Notes: generated by a model not told the origin, from the sequence alone. A stretch of DNA of 63,912 nt, filler included, from Reticulomyxa filosa (GCA_000512085.1; 24 parts of 24 records of this genome joined end to end with filler, not necessarily neighbours in it), one strand, 5' to 3'; positions 38,399-52,650 are shown, counted from the first letter of the whole stretch. Numbers and translations are program-made.

Positions 38399-39290
38399 GA
38401 CGCGAAAAAGCCTCGATGTGAATGCGTCATAAAGTAAAAAGTTCATTGACTGTGCCGTCCGTGGCATTGGCCGAACAGTTTCACTCATATTCGATCAAAG
38501 ATCCCTCCAATATGATGGCATATTGCATGTGGACGCGCTCTAACTTTATTCACAGCCGCAAATTCATGATTCGACTGCATCGCTGCATACAAGTTCAGTT
38601 CGGACAATTGCAAGAACACTTTGTAAATATCTTTGGCCATCACAAACAATACATTGCCATGTCTTGTCGAAAACTTGCCTTTACCATCATGGCTTTGGGT
38701 GAGTAGTTCATCCAACTCGATTCCAATGCTTTTATTGCTATTGATTCCTTTTATATACATATATATATGTACATTATGTTCTTTTTTTTTTTTTTTATGT
38801 CATTTGTTCAAAGTATCTTTTTTTTTCATTCAGTCATCAAATAAGATTATCTTGTTAATACAACGTATACATCATATACATCCTACATTAACATTTCTTA
38901 TTCTCTTCTTTTCAAAATAAAACAAAAACTTTTCAGTGTTTGTACCTTTGTCCTCTGAATATTCCATCATCACCATTTGCAATAGGATCAATCCTAAATT
39001 TGGCACGTCTACACGTTGGTTTGTCCAATGTGAATATTTCTATGTTTGGATACACCAAATTTGGAACGCTTAAAACTGATAAAATGTTTCTATGAAAAGA
39101 AAAAAGCTGAAACTGACTCGTGATTTTGTCGTTAAGCAAGACACAGATGCCCATTTCAAGAATAATTATCCATTGTGGTTGTCGTTTGACAATTATTTCC
39201 CTTATAACAAACAATGGCGGTAAAATAGTAGTTATCATCGATGGTGATGTTGTCGTCTTCCCCAATGTATTTGATCACACCTGCAAAAAA
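38399..39290 (-). pseudogene. Second tandem CAP-Gly pseudogene or divergent gene
   Basis: GVIKYIGKT; IGIELDELLTQSHDGKGKFSTRHGNVLFV; ANATDGTVN..YF...RGFF; stops and frameshifts. Confidence 0.6.
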
Positions 39291-40437
39291 TCAACAGATT
39301 TTGTTTTAAGCGGTCAAAAATCGGTATGCAGTTCAACGTATACGTATGTTAAAAAAAAAAATAGCACCGTCGCTGTAGCGTTTCTGTCACTGGTCGCAAT
39401 TGTGGTGCTATATCTTTCTTTTTGAGGATCTTTTTTTTTGTTGAGTCTGCTTTGGAAAATCTTAACTTCAAAAGTAATTGCAAACTTTATCGACGATCGC
39501 TAAGTTTACTTCTTTTCACTGTCAAGAATTCTATGGGAGATTCCTTTTTTTGCATTGTATTTTTTTGATAAAGATCACATCTTTAAAAAAAGATGTGTTT
39601 TTGACAAGTTATTGTATACGTTGTTTCTCCACTTAGTGACTGACTACTTTGTCATCATCTACGTAAAAAAAAAAAACTAAATTATGTTTATTAATTCGAT
39701 TCCACAGGAATGTTCAGAAATTAGAATTTTATTTAAATATCTTTGTTGCAATGGTAACAAGTCCCTTTTTTTTTTATAGGTGCTGCTGAAGATTACATGA
39801 TAAATATCATTGGATTGATTGTGTATACATTTACATGTGGTTTTTCTCTGTTCTACAGACATTTTTCCCACTGATGACAGCACCTCTTTTTCGAATGCTG
39901 TTGTTTTGGGTACACGCTGATTATTTTCTTTTTCAGCAACTGTTGCACGTTGCAGAGGAGAGCATTGGTGAAGGAATTCTCAAAAGCGAGTTCCATGTTG
40001 TAGAAGTTTGCTTTGTTAGGTTATTTAAAGAGAAGAGCCAAAACCACGTTTGTAATGTCCAAGAGAATTTTTCTAAAAAGGGAAAACTTTTCTCTTCAAT
40101 AGAAAAATCATTACTCAAGGAAAAATAATTAATCATTAAAAAAAAACAATTTTAATTTTCAATTTTTTGTAATTAATCCTTTTTTTGGAATCACAATTGT
40201 AGAAATACAATAAAAAATTGTAACAATTCTTTTTTCAAATTTTTTTGTAAAAAATGTGAAAATACTCAAAAAAATTACAAATTTACATCTTTTTTAATTA
40301 ATATTTATAAGTTGCCCATTTATNNNNNNNNNNNNNNNNNNNNNNNNNNNNNNNNNNNNNNNNNNNNTTAATTAATTAANNNNNNNNNNNNNNNNNNNNN
40401 NNNNNNNNNNNNNNNNNNNNNNNAAAAAAAAAAAAAG

Positions 40438-42417
40438 GTATGTTGCGGTGTTGAGTTGTGGGAATCCCAATGAAAATCATGGGGCGACATTGAGCGTGCA
40501 AGAGACAAATCAGTTTCGACATTTGCAACACATAAGTTTGAAGTTGAAAAGTGCGAACGAGGAAATGTTGAAAAAATATTTGGGCAATTCGTTGCTGCGC
40601 TTTAAAGCAGAAACCCTGCAGCTGCACAAAGAACTGTCCGAATGCAAGCAGCATTTGCAGATTGCTCAATTCGACCACTCCAAAGCCCAAGACGCGATCC
40701 AACAACTCAAAACGACCATGGAGCATTCCATTTTCGAACTCAAGTATGGGCCCCTCTTTTTTCCATCCCACGCACGTACATATACATATATATATATATA
40801 TATGTATATGCATATATGTTCAAAGAGAGGAGGGGGGAATGAAAAAAAAGAAATGGACACACAAAAGAAATGAACGAACTTCGGTCGGAACAAAGCAAAA
40901 AAGAAGAAGAGATAAGAAGAGAACAGCAGAAGAAAAGAGAAGAAGTGGAAGAAGGCCTGAAATTGGAATATAAAAATTTGGAAGAGAAATACAACGCACT
41001 GTACGAAAAATATCAATTGTTGTTAGTAGAAAAAACAAATTGGAGACAAAGCATTTGGCGTTGTGTGACGAAGTCAAACAAAAAAGCGAGTGGAACAAAA
41101 ACCACACGGAAATGATTAAAACATTACGAAACGAAATTAAAAACTTGGAAACGACAAAGTTTGAACAAGACAAACATATCCAATCCCTATCGTTGCAAAT
41201 CACTGTCTTGCAACAACAAGTTAAAGATAAAGATGAATTATTTCTTAATCAAGAATCATTCGTCAAAGCTGCACAAGAGCAAAAGGTTTGAGTTTATATT
41301 ATATGTATGTACATATAGATATATACTGTGTTTTGTGCTTTTTTTTAATGAATAGCATGCCAATGATGAACAAATTGACAAAATGAAAAAGGCATTGGAA
41401 AAAAGTGAGAAAAAAGTTCGTGAGTGTATTAAAGAAATTCACAAGGGGAATAATATAATAACTCGCTTGCAAAATGAAATTCGCAATACAAAGTCAGAGA
41501 ACAAAGTAATGGAACAACAACTGATTGTTGCCACGAATGACTTAAAAACAGAGTCTGCTAAAACTCAAAGTTTGAAACAAGAGCTATGTAATAAACAAAG
41601 CCACATTGACGAATTACGCAAAGAGATTGAATTGTTGAAAAACATGCTGCAAAGTTGTAAAGATAAATTAGAACAGTCCCACAAAGCCATTGAGTCCAAT
41701 CAAAAAGTTATCTCGTATTTGAACAAACAGATCAATGACAAACAACACTTTGCGCCGACGACCGCTTTTCCTCTTTCTCAAACCAAAACTTTCTCCAATT
41801 TCAATTTTGCCAACACTTGCTCATCTTTATCTTCGTCTCCTTCTCCCTCTATTCCGGCTACGACATATAGTGATCCTTTGGTGTCTTGGAAATCTCAGTT
41901 TCCTATTGTTCCCCCCAAACTGACCACCACTGGTAACTGTCTTCAAACAAGCTATGTTATTGTGTTTTGTTCTATCTTTTAATTCCTGATTAAATCTTGT
42001 TGAATAGAACCAATTCGTCCTTTATTCGCTGCTGGTTCTGCGTTTCGTGGTACCACCGAAACCAATTATACACCTACTCCAAGTTTTCCAATACCGTCTT
42101 CCTATGCACAAACTTGCCTGACAACTACCTCACCCAATCCCAATTTGATCAAAAACTTGGGAGGTAAATATTCATTTTTAGTGTTTTTGTCCAAATGTTT
42201 TGTGCATATACTCGGTACTTTTTAAAGCAATTGTGCTCAAAATGACCAAATAGTTCCTGATCCAATTTCGAGTGAGAACATCGGAAAAAATCTCAAAGAC
42301 ATCGAACGCATCAACAATGGGGCTGAAACGGGGGACATCAACAATCCCCACATAAACGGCAGCAAAAATATCAACAGTGAAGAGCTAAATAAACAGCCCA
42401 GTTCATACTTTCCTTAG
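40438..42417 (+). CDS. SAS6: Centriole cartwheel protein SAS-6, 5'-truncated
   Basis: ATLSVQETNQFRHLQHISLKLKSANEEMLKKYL (end of head domain); coiled coil with EIHKGNNIITRLQ and SNQKVISYLNKQIND; C-terminal PSSYFP-stop; several introns; 1-nt frameshift at ~41040. Confidence 0.9.
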
Positions 42418-43029
42418 TCATCTTATTTGAAGATTTTATTCTTACTTCTTTTGTAACATTGTAGCAGGAGTTGTGTTTTTATTTTTTATTTTATTTATTA
42501 TCTCGAGGGTTTTTTGTTGGTAAGGTATTTAATTGACGAGGCCAAAAAAGTAAGTTTGTTTCTTCGTCCAGATCTTCATCTCAAATGGTGAATCGATAAC
42601 GAACTTCTAAAAAAACAATTTTTCTTCGCTGCATCTCCAGTCTTAAAAATGGTATTCATCAACGAAGTTTGTGTTGTAACTTAAGTTCTGCTAAATACTA
42701 TTTTCAAAAAAGAAAAAAAAAGGTTGAAAAAGAGCCACAAAAAAAAAACTTTATCTTTTTGGAGTGAATGGATTGGATGTTTTTCATTTAGAAAAATGCA
42801 ACCCAAAAACCCCCTTTGAGGAACTAAAGATGTGCAAAAAAAAAGTCGAGCAGTGAAAGAAAAAAAACAAAAAAACATGCCAACACAACATCAAGGAAAA
42901 AATTTTTCTTNNNNNNNNNNNNNNNNNNNNNNNNNNNNNNNNNNNNNNNNNNNNTTAATTAATTAANNNNNNNNNNNNNNNNNNNNNNNNNNNNNNNNNN
43001 NNNNNNNNNNATTTAAAAAGTACACGATT

Positions 43030-43143
43030 TGTAGATATTTTTTAAAAAAAAATTAGGTCTGAATATTGTTTTTTCATGAAGAAAATCAATCATCTCTATA
43101 AGGTGCCATTTTAGGTGTCAACTTTACTTTGCATTCTACTGTA
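43030..43143 (-). mobile_element. Tc1-like TIR copy
   Basis: Reverse complement reads TA-CAGTAGAATGCAAAGTAAAGTTGACACCTAAAATGGCA...GATTTTCTTCATGAAA. Confidence 0.7.
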
Positions 43144-43887
43144 TTTTGTTTTGAAATGTGTGTTTAATTTTTTTAATATTTTGAACTTTCGAGTGATGTT
43201 TTGGGTAATGTTTTAAGTATCTTTTTTGTTTGTATAATTTTTTTTTATTTTTATTTTTTTTAAAAAATTTTTATCGAGTTGAGATCAATTTAATGCTTAA
43301 TTTTGCAAGACATCACATTTTTTTTTAGGTTGTGTGGGACTTGTGAGAAGACTAAGTGTAATACTAAAGGAACTTGGTCCAATAAATTAAAAAAGGAATA
43401 ATGACAACTAAAAAGGATAGAAACAAGTACAAAGAGAGAAAAGTTGAGAAGAGGGTTTTAACCCACTGGGGGTCCCACCGTTCCGTTAGTAGTTGGGGAT
43501 TTATAATAGGGATTTTCCCTACAGTTGTTATATTGAATATTGTATTTTTGATCATCAAACAATATGTTGGCGCTTAGTATCATTTTGCAAATTAATGCAT
43601 TGTCAATCATTATTTTTGAAAGTGTTTGATTGTAATGTTTACTTAAAAAAATATGTATAGAATATTTGATTAACTTATTCTTTTTTTATTATTTTGCAAA
43701 ACATTACTGATTTGTTCAAAAGATTATAGTTTTCCTGAAACTTTGTAGTAGGCAATAAGGAAGGTATTTACTGGATCAGACTGCTCAAAAAATGTCTATA
43801 TATATTGCAAACTCACCACGTGTATCCTAATATACTGCGGGGTTTGCTGCAACTTGAGTACTTTCTTTAATCATTACTTCTAGAATA

Positions 43888-44887
43888 CAATAGATTGAAA
43901 AAAAAACTGACATACCTAAATGGCATTATATGAAGAGAATCAATTTTCTCTCCATGAAAAATAAACATAATTTTTTTTAAAAAATATATAATAATCTTGT
44001 AGTTTTTAAATATTAAATTGGTTTTATAATAAATTTTTTCTATGTTGATCAAAAATATGATTTTTAAAAATTTTGAAGGAGCTCATATAAATTAAACATG
44101 TATTGCAAATAAGAAATTTTTAAATCTTTTTGTTTTCATTTTAGGAATCTTCAAGTCACATAGATATTTTTTTTTAAAAAAAATTAGCAATGTGTCTTTC
44201 GTAGTTTTTAACAAAATTTTTTAAAAATTTTTTTTGATTATATGAAATTTTTTTTGTAATATTTTTACCATTTTATTGGTTTTCATTTTGCATTGATTAA
44301 AGTTTCAATTCTCCTTGGTATTGAATCACCTAGAGCTTGACATAGTTGAATCCAGTATTTATATAAATTTGCAAATTTTAACCTTGCTTTGATATGACTA
44401 CATCTAAATCTAGTTTTTTCTTCTTATACTTATTTCTATCAAATCATTTCTCTTTAGAGCTCTTGTTAAAGTTTCATAAGAAACTTTAATTTCACAATTG
44501 TCGTCTAACTCTTTCTTGACGTCTTTTGCAGTTTTAAACTTTCCAGAAATAAGACATTTTACAATTTTGAGATAAACTCGCAAAGGAATCTTATCTGACC
44601 TGCCCAGATCCAGCTTTTCTTTTTACGGTCCATTACATAGCCAAAATCGAAGCAAAGCTATACTTACATTAAATTTCTTTGCTACATATCGAATTCTAGA
44701 TCCACTAACCAGCATACAAACAGTAACTCATTTCTTAAAAGCAATCAAATGTTTCAACATTTTAAATGTCAACAATAAAAACTATAAGATTAATAGATAT
44801 TTTTTTTAAAAAAAAATTAGGTTTAAGTTTTTATTTTTCATTGAGAAAATTGATTCATTTAGGTATGGCAGTTTTTACAATCTACTG
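43888..44887 (-). mobile_element. 1.0-kb internally deleted Tc1-like transposon with both TIRs and TA target-site duplication
   Basis: TA at 43886-87 and 44888-89; ~100-bp imperfect inverted ends; transposase remnants KAGSGR..., LISGKFKTAKDV...VSYETLTRALKRN, HIKARLKFA joined to C-terminal LGDSIPRRIETLINAK, with the DDE core missing. Confidence 0.8.
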
Positions 44888-47349
44888 TATCTTAAATTAT
44901 ATATTTTTGTTTCTTTTTCAATTGGTTGCTATAAATCCCCATAGTACGATTAAAAACTTCTGGTAATTTCTGCAAATCTTTTAATAGTAATTTTTAGTTT
45001 CCACAATATCCTAAATTCGTCCATTTTTTTCATTAACAAACTCTACATTAATCAATTCTGGATTTATACCAAAATTTTATACATTCTTTAAATTTTTAAA
45101 AAATTAAATAATATTTTATTTTAGTTTTTTGAAAAAAAGTTGATAATTATTTTTTTATCGATATTATATACTTTTTTTTTTGACACGTTTTGATATAATT
45201 ATTCTATTATCTTTGTTTCATGTTCTTTTTTTACTTCATCTTTTTCATTTAATATCATTTATTCAATTCTCCTTTAAATATTATCTTATTCATTTTCTTC
45301 ATTTACTTATTGTACTTGAGTATTTTTTCAATACGCAAAAATTCTACCATTGCATTTTTTAAATGATCTCAATTTCAATATAGTAATATAGTGTAAACAT
45401 TTATGTTAAAATTATCATTTTTCTAGATTTCTTCAACTCCAAACTCTGGCATATGTATATAAGATATATACGTTATCTACATTATCTTATTAAAATATGT
45501 AACTTTTTTCTATATTATTAAAAATTTACACATTTCCTATAATATAATGAACTAATATATTTCTCAGGATATGCAATATCATTTACATCTCTAATGTATT
45601 CTTCAAATTTTGGATATTTTATATTTCATATGATATCATTTGTGAAATATTTTTTGATATATGTAATTAATTTAATTCAGTTATATATTTACAAAAAAAG
45701 AAAAGTATATATTTATATTTATAAATGTGTTTTGATATAAGAAGTTATAATTGATATCTTAATGTAATATAGATAATTATATTATTTTTTTTAGAAAATG
45801 TAAGAAAAGATGTGAGATATATTGAGAAATAGTATGAAAAGATTGGAGAAAGAAAAGGATGATGAAATATTTTTCTTTATATATGTATATATATTGCAAA
45901 GAGCACTTCCCAAAGATAGTAGAAGAATTTTCATTCTTACCTGATATTAAGTCTATATTTTCTACTTTTTATAACTACACAAATAACAACAGCAAGGTGA
46001 TAATGTATGCATCAATTAACTACGAAAAATAATTGAGAATTCAAAAATAGTCTAAATTAATAATGATATAATATATAATTATAATTGAAATATTTTACTA
46101 ACACAGGAAGAAGCATTAAAAATTATTTAGATGCAAATAATTATCAAAAGATATAAAAACATTATTACATTTTATTTAAAAAAATAACAATATGCAATAT
46201 GAAACAACTAATCAAATACAAGATTCGCTTAGAATAGGGATTTTAGTATACAACTATTCATTTTGATGAATTTTGTCCTTTTGTATCTTATTGGACAGAA
46301 ATTTTAGGAGAAAAAAAAAATATTACAATAGACAATTGTATAGGTAAAAAATTTAAAAATGATTCCAACAGTTGAATAATTTAACATTCTCAAAAAAATC
46401 ATAATAAATATACAATATAATATTATAATTTGAACAAAAAATTTCAATAATATCTCAAATCATAAAGAGTCAGTGCAATCTNNNNNNNNNNNNNNNNNNN
46501 NNNNNNNNNNNNNNNNNNNNNNNNNTTAATTAATTAANNNNNNNNNNNNNNNNNNNNNNNNNNNNNNNNNNNNNNNNNNNNTAAAAATAACTATTGCACT
46601 TGGTTGCTAGAGTTCCTTCCATTTGAAAGATTTGTAAATTGTACAAATACACTTTTTTTTGTTTTAGAATAGTATATTTTGTCACTTTTCTAAGTTAATT
46701 TTGGGTTCTTTATTTCAAAAAAGCGAAAAAGTTCCGCTGTAACATGGGTTCTGGTATTTGAATACCAATTATATACAGTTGTATATATCAAAAAACTTTG
46801 TTTTTGTCCTAGAATCAATCACCCAAGTATCTTTGTTGTGATATTAAATATTGTCGTTTTTCCAGTTTAGCTTTTTATTGATAGGCAAAAAAAAAAAAAA
46901 GTTAATATTTTTTGTACAATTCACAAATGACATATGGCACACAAACTAATAAATTGCAAATTTAAAAAGCAATTATGAAGATTACATTTTTTTAAAATTC
47001 TTTTTTTTATTTAAAAAATATCTTTAAGACAGTCTACGATGCACATAGATATCTTTTCTAGGTTTTTGAGCAAATTATAAAACACTTAAATGTTGTAATG
47101 TGTAAAAAAAATTGATAAATGAATGTTACAATTTATTCATAGAAAAAAGCAAATGAAATGTAAAATAATAAAATAATTTAACTTCCCTTTATCACATCCA
47201 TTTTAGATGAAGAATAATAATTTGATTTAGCCTTTTTAGAAACTATAAAAAATATTTTAATATTTGTGTATGCAAGATAATAATAAAACTTATTGCCACT
47301 TTAAAAATAATTCAAAATGCAAACCATTTGATCAAATAAGAAATTGTTT

Positions 47350-47440
47350 GTGATTAAAGGAAGTGAAAAAAATTATGCAATCACTTGCATTAAATTTATT
47401 AGATTGAAAAAGAATGGTCATATTCGTATTTGTTGATAAT
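47350..47440 (+). pseudogene. Remnant of the WD40-family 3' end
   Basis: IKGSEKNYAITCIKFIRLKKNGHIRIC parallels IKGDNKEDDGIYCLKFILLKK...GPIRIWG of the 11980-12609 gene. Confidence 0.55.
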
Positions 47441-49184
47441 TAACTTTTTTCATATACTAGAAAAAAATAACATCTCGTTGCAATTTAATTAAAAATAAGA
47501 ATAATCTAAAATTTTATTAGCAATATTGTTTTTGTTGAAAAACGTAAATGATAATGCAAAGTCAACAAATTAACAAAATTAGTTAACATTGTTGTGTTTG
47601 ATAACTTTTGGATTAAATGAGTTTGTTTTCATTCACTTGAAAAAAATGAAAATAAGTGAAATGTGCAAAAAGACTAGTTTAGTTATCAATCTTAAGCGAT
47701 GTTATGTAAGTTCTTAACAAAATAAAAATATTTTGTTAATAATTTGATAATTTACAAAAAAAAATACACCTAAATAATAATGAGAAAATTACATCAAAAT
47801 AACACAAGAATATTCAATGAAAAACGCAACAATCTGCTTTCAAAACAATTGCATATCGTTACAAAATCAATAATATTTTGATATGCATCTTAAATAATTG
47901 AAAAAGATTTTAATAACAAGCAAAAACAAAAAAACACTATAATAGATTACTTGATTTTAAATAACATCCAAAAGATGTTCAATATTTATAAAATAGTAAA
48001 TTTTTGATAAATATTTTGTAAATTTTTATATTTAATCATAAAACATACCAAAATTTTGGTATGCATATATCATCAAAATAGTTTTAGCAAGTCCCTTTTA
48101 TTGATAGAAAAAGGTTATGTTTTTTAATTTTTTATTATCATCATTAATCATGTCTTGCTCCAACATCATCAACAACACCTACATGAACGGACAAATCTTG
48201 TTATCCATTAATGACGACCGGGTGGGAAATGTAGTGAATCGAGCAGCAGAACATCAAATGAGATTTATATTAGCATCATTATCAGAAGAAGCAATAGCTA
48301 TATTTATACCATCAAATAATGTAGAAGCGTATTTTTGCATGAGTAGGAAGATACCCATCACAAGTAGCACAAACTCGTTTGTTAGAAAAAGTAGAAAATC
48401 GTAATATGGAAAAATTATTTATCTGTGTCAATACATTTAAAACAACATCGGTTCAGTAAAAGTTCCAGTAAAGTTCTGGAAACAAATATCAGAAGAATAG
48501 CAACGATAACGAGATATTTATGATATATCGATAGAATCACTAACCCGGACCAATACAAAATATTTGATCCCGATTTGTATACCTTCTTGCCGGATTCCTC
48601 TGAAAAAATGCTGCATTCCCTCTCCTACAAAAAAGTCGTACAGACAAGAGAGGTTGCTTTGATGTTGTCTGGAAACGCCCATATACTTTTGAGGTATTTG
48701 TTTCGTTTTTTTTTTTTGCTTTTTGCTATCANNNNNNNNNNNNNNNNNNNNNNNNNNNNNNNNNNNNNNNNNNNNTTAATTAATTAANNNNNNNNNNNNN
48801 NNNNNNNNNNNNNNNNNNNNNNNNNNNNNNNATTTCACTGAGACTTCAACACTTCGAAAACAAGGCTCAGAGGATCCGGTTGAGCATTAGCATTGCTCCT
48901 GTAATTCCCGCTGACCATTCCACAGGGAAGAGCCAATTTTGTTTTCACAACCGTTGATTGATCTAAAGATACAATGCTAATTCTTTTTTTAAAAGTATCT
49001 ACGTGACTTGAAGATTCTAAAAAAGATTTAAAAATTTCTTATTTTCAATTTATAGAAACAAAAACATTTAGTGAAAAATAAAATATTTCATCGATAGTGA
49101 CAATTTATTGATATCTGGAAGCAATGCCTGGATATTTGTCACCAGCTGCGACGTAATTCACTGTACTGCAAACATTCCATCATG

Positions 49185-49520
49185 AAATGCTCGAGCATTA
49201 TTTGCAACAAGATCCACTTTATCATTTCCAGGAATACCAGAATGACTTTTAATCCGGAGCATTATCTTCATTAAATGATCTCAATATCATAATTGTCAAT
49301 TTATAGATGTCAAAATCCATTTGTTAAATATCGAATTAGTCACGAAATTGCAATCAGTGAGAATAATCACTCTGCCACAATATGATCTGTAATGATTACT
49401 TAAATATTCCAGTGCAAGTCTCATTGCTATTAATTTGATATTCCAATTCCAGCCATTGTGGTAAATATGGATCTTGAATGACAAGTCCTGCACCTCCAAT
49501 TCCAGGATTTGTGAACGTAC
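49185..49520 (-). mobile_element. RNase H domain relic, probably retrotransposon-derived
   Basis: KLIAMRLALEYL...VIILTDCNFV...IKSHSGIPGNDKVDLVA. Confidence 0.7.
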
Positions 49521-50161
49521 TTCAATCACAAAATATCACAGCGCAATCAAAATCCAACGATGAAAAAATTTCATCTGATGTTGGTTCTTTGAAGATCGCA
49601 AATGTTGATTTATTTCATTGCAATTTGCATTGATTTTAATTTAGAATTGTATGAATTAGATCAAAATTGTGCCATTGTAAAAAGATTTCAATTTATTCTT
49701 CAAGCTTTGATATCATCACTTGCAATGGCCTTTGTCTCACCTCTGTGGAGTAAAATATCATTCAACTTATAAGATACACAATTCACAGTTCTAATTACCA
49801 CCACAAACAACTTAAAACAAAACAAAAGTCAACAAAATGTTGTGACCGTTTCTTCGATCGTTGCTTGTATCCAGTTGTTTCTCGGCTTCGAATTCGGTTT
49901 CCGGGCCTTCAAAAATCTTTTCTTTGGTTTCAGGGTCTTCAGTGGCATTTTCTTTCGGAGCCTGCTGAGTCGCGATGAGCCAATGATGATGAAGGGTGAT
50001 ATTTTTTTTAGAAACAAAAATAACTCAACGCAGAATAAAAAACAACAAAAGTCTTAAATGAATGACAGACTTTGTCACACAATTACTCAACAATGAAAAG
50101 TCAGCAGTTTGATGTTCTTGAGTTTATATTGTTCTTCTCGTTGTTGTTTGATGAGAAATTA

Positions 50162-50512
50162 GATTATTTTCACCACAACAAATCTTTGAAAGATTCCATT
50201 TCATAGAAATTAAATATTGTGCGTATTTTGTCAATTGGTGAAGGGCTTTCATCGCTTGTCAATAGCATATTTATTTCGTTTCTTTCAATGTCCACAAATT
50301 ATTATTATCAATCATATTTTTTAGTATTTGCGTGAAGTTCATGCATTGCAATTGCTTTGACCAGAAATGCTTGCACTTTGTCATTTGTGAGACTGATTGC
50401 ATTCAAATTCATAATTTAATTCTCTTTGATATCTCCTTTTTTCACATTTTACCATTTTATATTATCAATATATTCACTAATTACAATCCTCATTACTAAT
50501 GCATTTTTAATT
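50162..50512 (-). pseudogene. Caspase-like (peptidase C14) pseudogene
   Basis: KNALVMRIVISEY...ELNYEF...LIIICGH-stop...MLLTSD...IDKIRTIFN..EMESFKD..CGEN, read across frameshifts. Confidence 0.65.
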
Positions 50513-51000
50513 GTTTAAACAATAATAATTTTGACAAAGAAATGTCAGTTTTTTCCATGTTTCTCTTTTATCTACTTTCACATATGCCGCCAACTATTTT
50601 GCTATTATAATCCAGATGAAAAAACAAAAATAAAATAATACACAATTTATTAACTTCTTTTTGTGAAGAGAATCCGTTCAAAAATTAAATCTTTTTACTG
50701 ATTCAAATTTTATCACAAATTGTCCAATCTTGCATCAATTGTTATAAATATTTAATTTGAATATCTGTTATTTTTTTTCAAATTAAGTAAAACAATAATT
50801 TAAACGTGAAAAAGAAGCAGTTGCAAGTTGGTGAAAATGAAGAATACATTACATAATAGTTTACACTTATGTTTGTATCAATTATAATCAACATCTTTTT
50901 GTTTATTAAACATCGTAAATAAGTTTTGCGAGAGAAAGACAATTTAATCTCGTATTTGATAACTCAAATGATAAGATAATTTGAAATCATTTCAAATTGA

Positions 51001-51051
51001 TACAGTAGGTTGCAAAGAAAACTGAACGCCTAAAACGGTATCATATGATGA
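51001..51051 (+). mobile_element. Tc1-like TIR at a contig end
   Basis: TA-CAGTAGGTTGCAAAGAAAACTGAACGCCTAAAAC. Confidence 0.7.
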
Positions 51052-51287
51052 NNNNNNNNNNNNNNNNNNNNNNNNNNNNNNNNNNNNNNNNNNNNTTAAT
51101 TAATTAANNNNNNNNNNNNNNNNNNNNNNNNNNNNNNNNNNNNNNNNNNNNTAAAAAATTGTGACTAAGTACCCCCCCCCTTGTAACCCATTGTTTTGAT
51201 TAATTATTTGATATATTCTTTATTCTATAAAATAAATCAAAACACAACAACTAGATTACATTATCAGGTTAAATTTAAAAAAAAAAT

Positions 51288-52650
51288 TAGTTTTTATTTT
51301 ATAACAAAACTGAGTCATTTTCAAAAAAAAAAAACAGGTTCAAAAAAAATTAAAAAATGACCCACAATTTTGAGTTAAAAAACCTCTTTAACCTTTGTAA
51401 ATAGAATTATCAATTGCATTGTAAGGAGGATATCATGTAAAACAAAGTGATTTCTAATTTACTTGATGGATAAGAATTTATCAATTTTATTATTTATCAA
51501 GCTGAAACAAACAATTTCTAATCTTTTTGCTTTTCATTGTGATGAAAATGTAATATTTGTAACTCATTTCACTACACTTTTCGTTTTAAACTCATTATAC
51601 TTAATTATGGTTATTTGTTTTGTGTTGCATTCTCAGTGATCGCTTCAAAGTTTGAGGTGCGTTGCCGCAACGACTTTAGATTGGTATCACATTGTTCCAT
51701 ACAACACTTGTTTCATCACTAGTCTGCGAGACATGAAATTAGATAACTTTGTCTGTTGTTTCTCATTTGAATATGTACATTTCCCTTTAACTCTTTTATA
51801 ATCATTTTCAATTGTTATTCCTTGAAGTTTCAAAAATCAAAAAACATTGAGAGATAATTTGTCAGCACTTTGCATTGATGATGGATAATATATAATTTTT
51901 GGAAATGTAGTTGCTTAGTTAGCAACGTAGAAAAAAAAAGTAGTCATGAAGTTTAATGGTTTGTTTAGGCTTTTTACGTAAGTCTGTCTTCAAAGTAGTT
52001 TTTTTTTTGAGAGATATGACAAAAAAAGTTAAACTAAATCTCATTTTAGCATCCCAATTTTAATCAAAAAATGTTTCAATACATCAATTATATTCATAAT
52101 TGTTAAACAAAATTATTTAATGACACTTGCTTCAATTTTTTTTTATCAATTTGTTCAAAAAAAAATAATAATGAAGATTCATCAAAAAGGATCTATGTTA
52201 TTTTTTGTCATCTCACATAGTAATTCCAATATAAAAAATACTAGAACTCTCATTGTTGTTTTTCTGTTTATTATTGAACCAAAGAAGACTCTTCATCAGT
52301 TGGATGAAGTGAAAAATATCAATCATTCAAATATTTAATAATCGGAATCATGTTTTTGCATTTAAAATATGCACAAACAATCAATACATAAAAATTTTCA
52401 AAGAAACTTTTTTCCCCTTTTTTTATTGGATGACGAATGGAAACAAAGAAAAGAAATAATAAGAAAATAACAATAATTAGTCATTCTCTCAACTTTCAAA
52501 GCAACTATTTTATATAATAAAATGTAAAAGGAATCTTCACTAATATTTACTGTTGTGGGTCATTTTACTAAGTTTGTGGATCATTTTTTAAATTTTTTGA
52601 ACCTATTTTTTTTGAAAATGACCCAGTTTTATTATATAAATAAAAAATTA
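51288..52650. repeat. ~85-bp imperfect inverted repeat pair (51288-51370 and 52572-52650); partial third copy 53418-53457
   Basis: AAAACTGAGTCATTTTC-An-CAGGTTC-An-TTAAAAAATGACCCACAA and its reverse complement. Confidence 0.75.

Noticed and set aside
41030-41050. Euplotes-type programmed frameshifting
   Set aside because: There is no AAA-stop motif at the shift sites and shift directions are mixed
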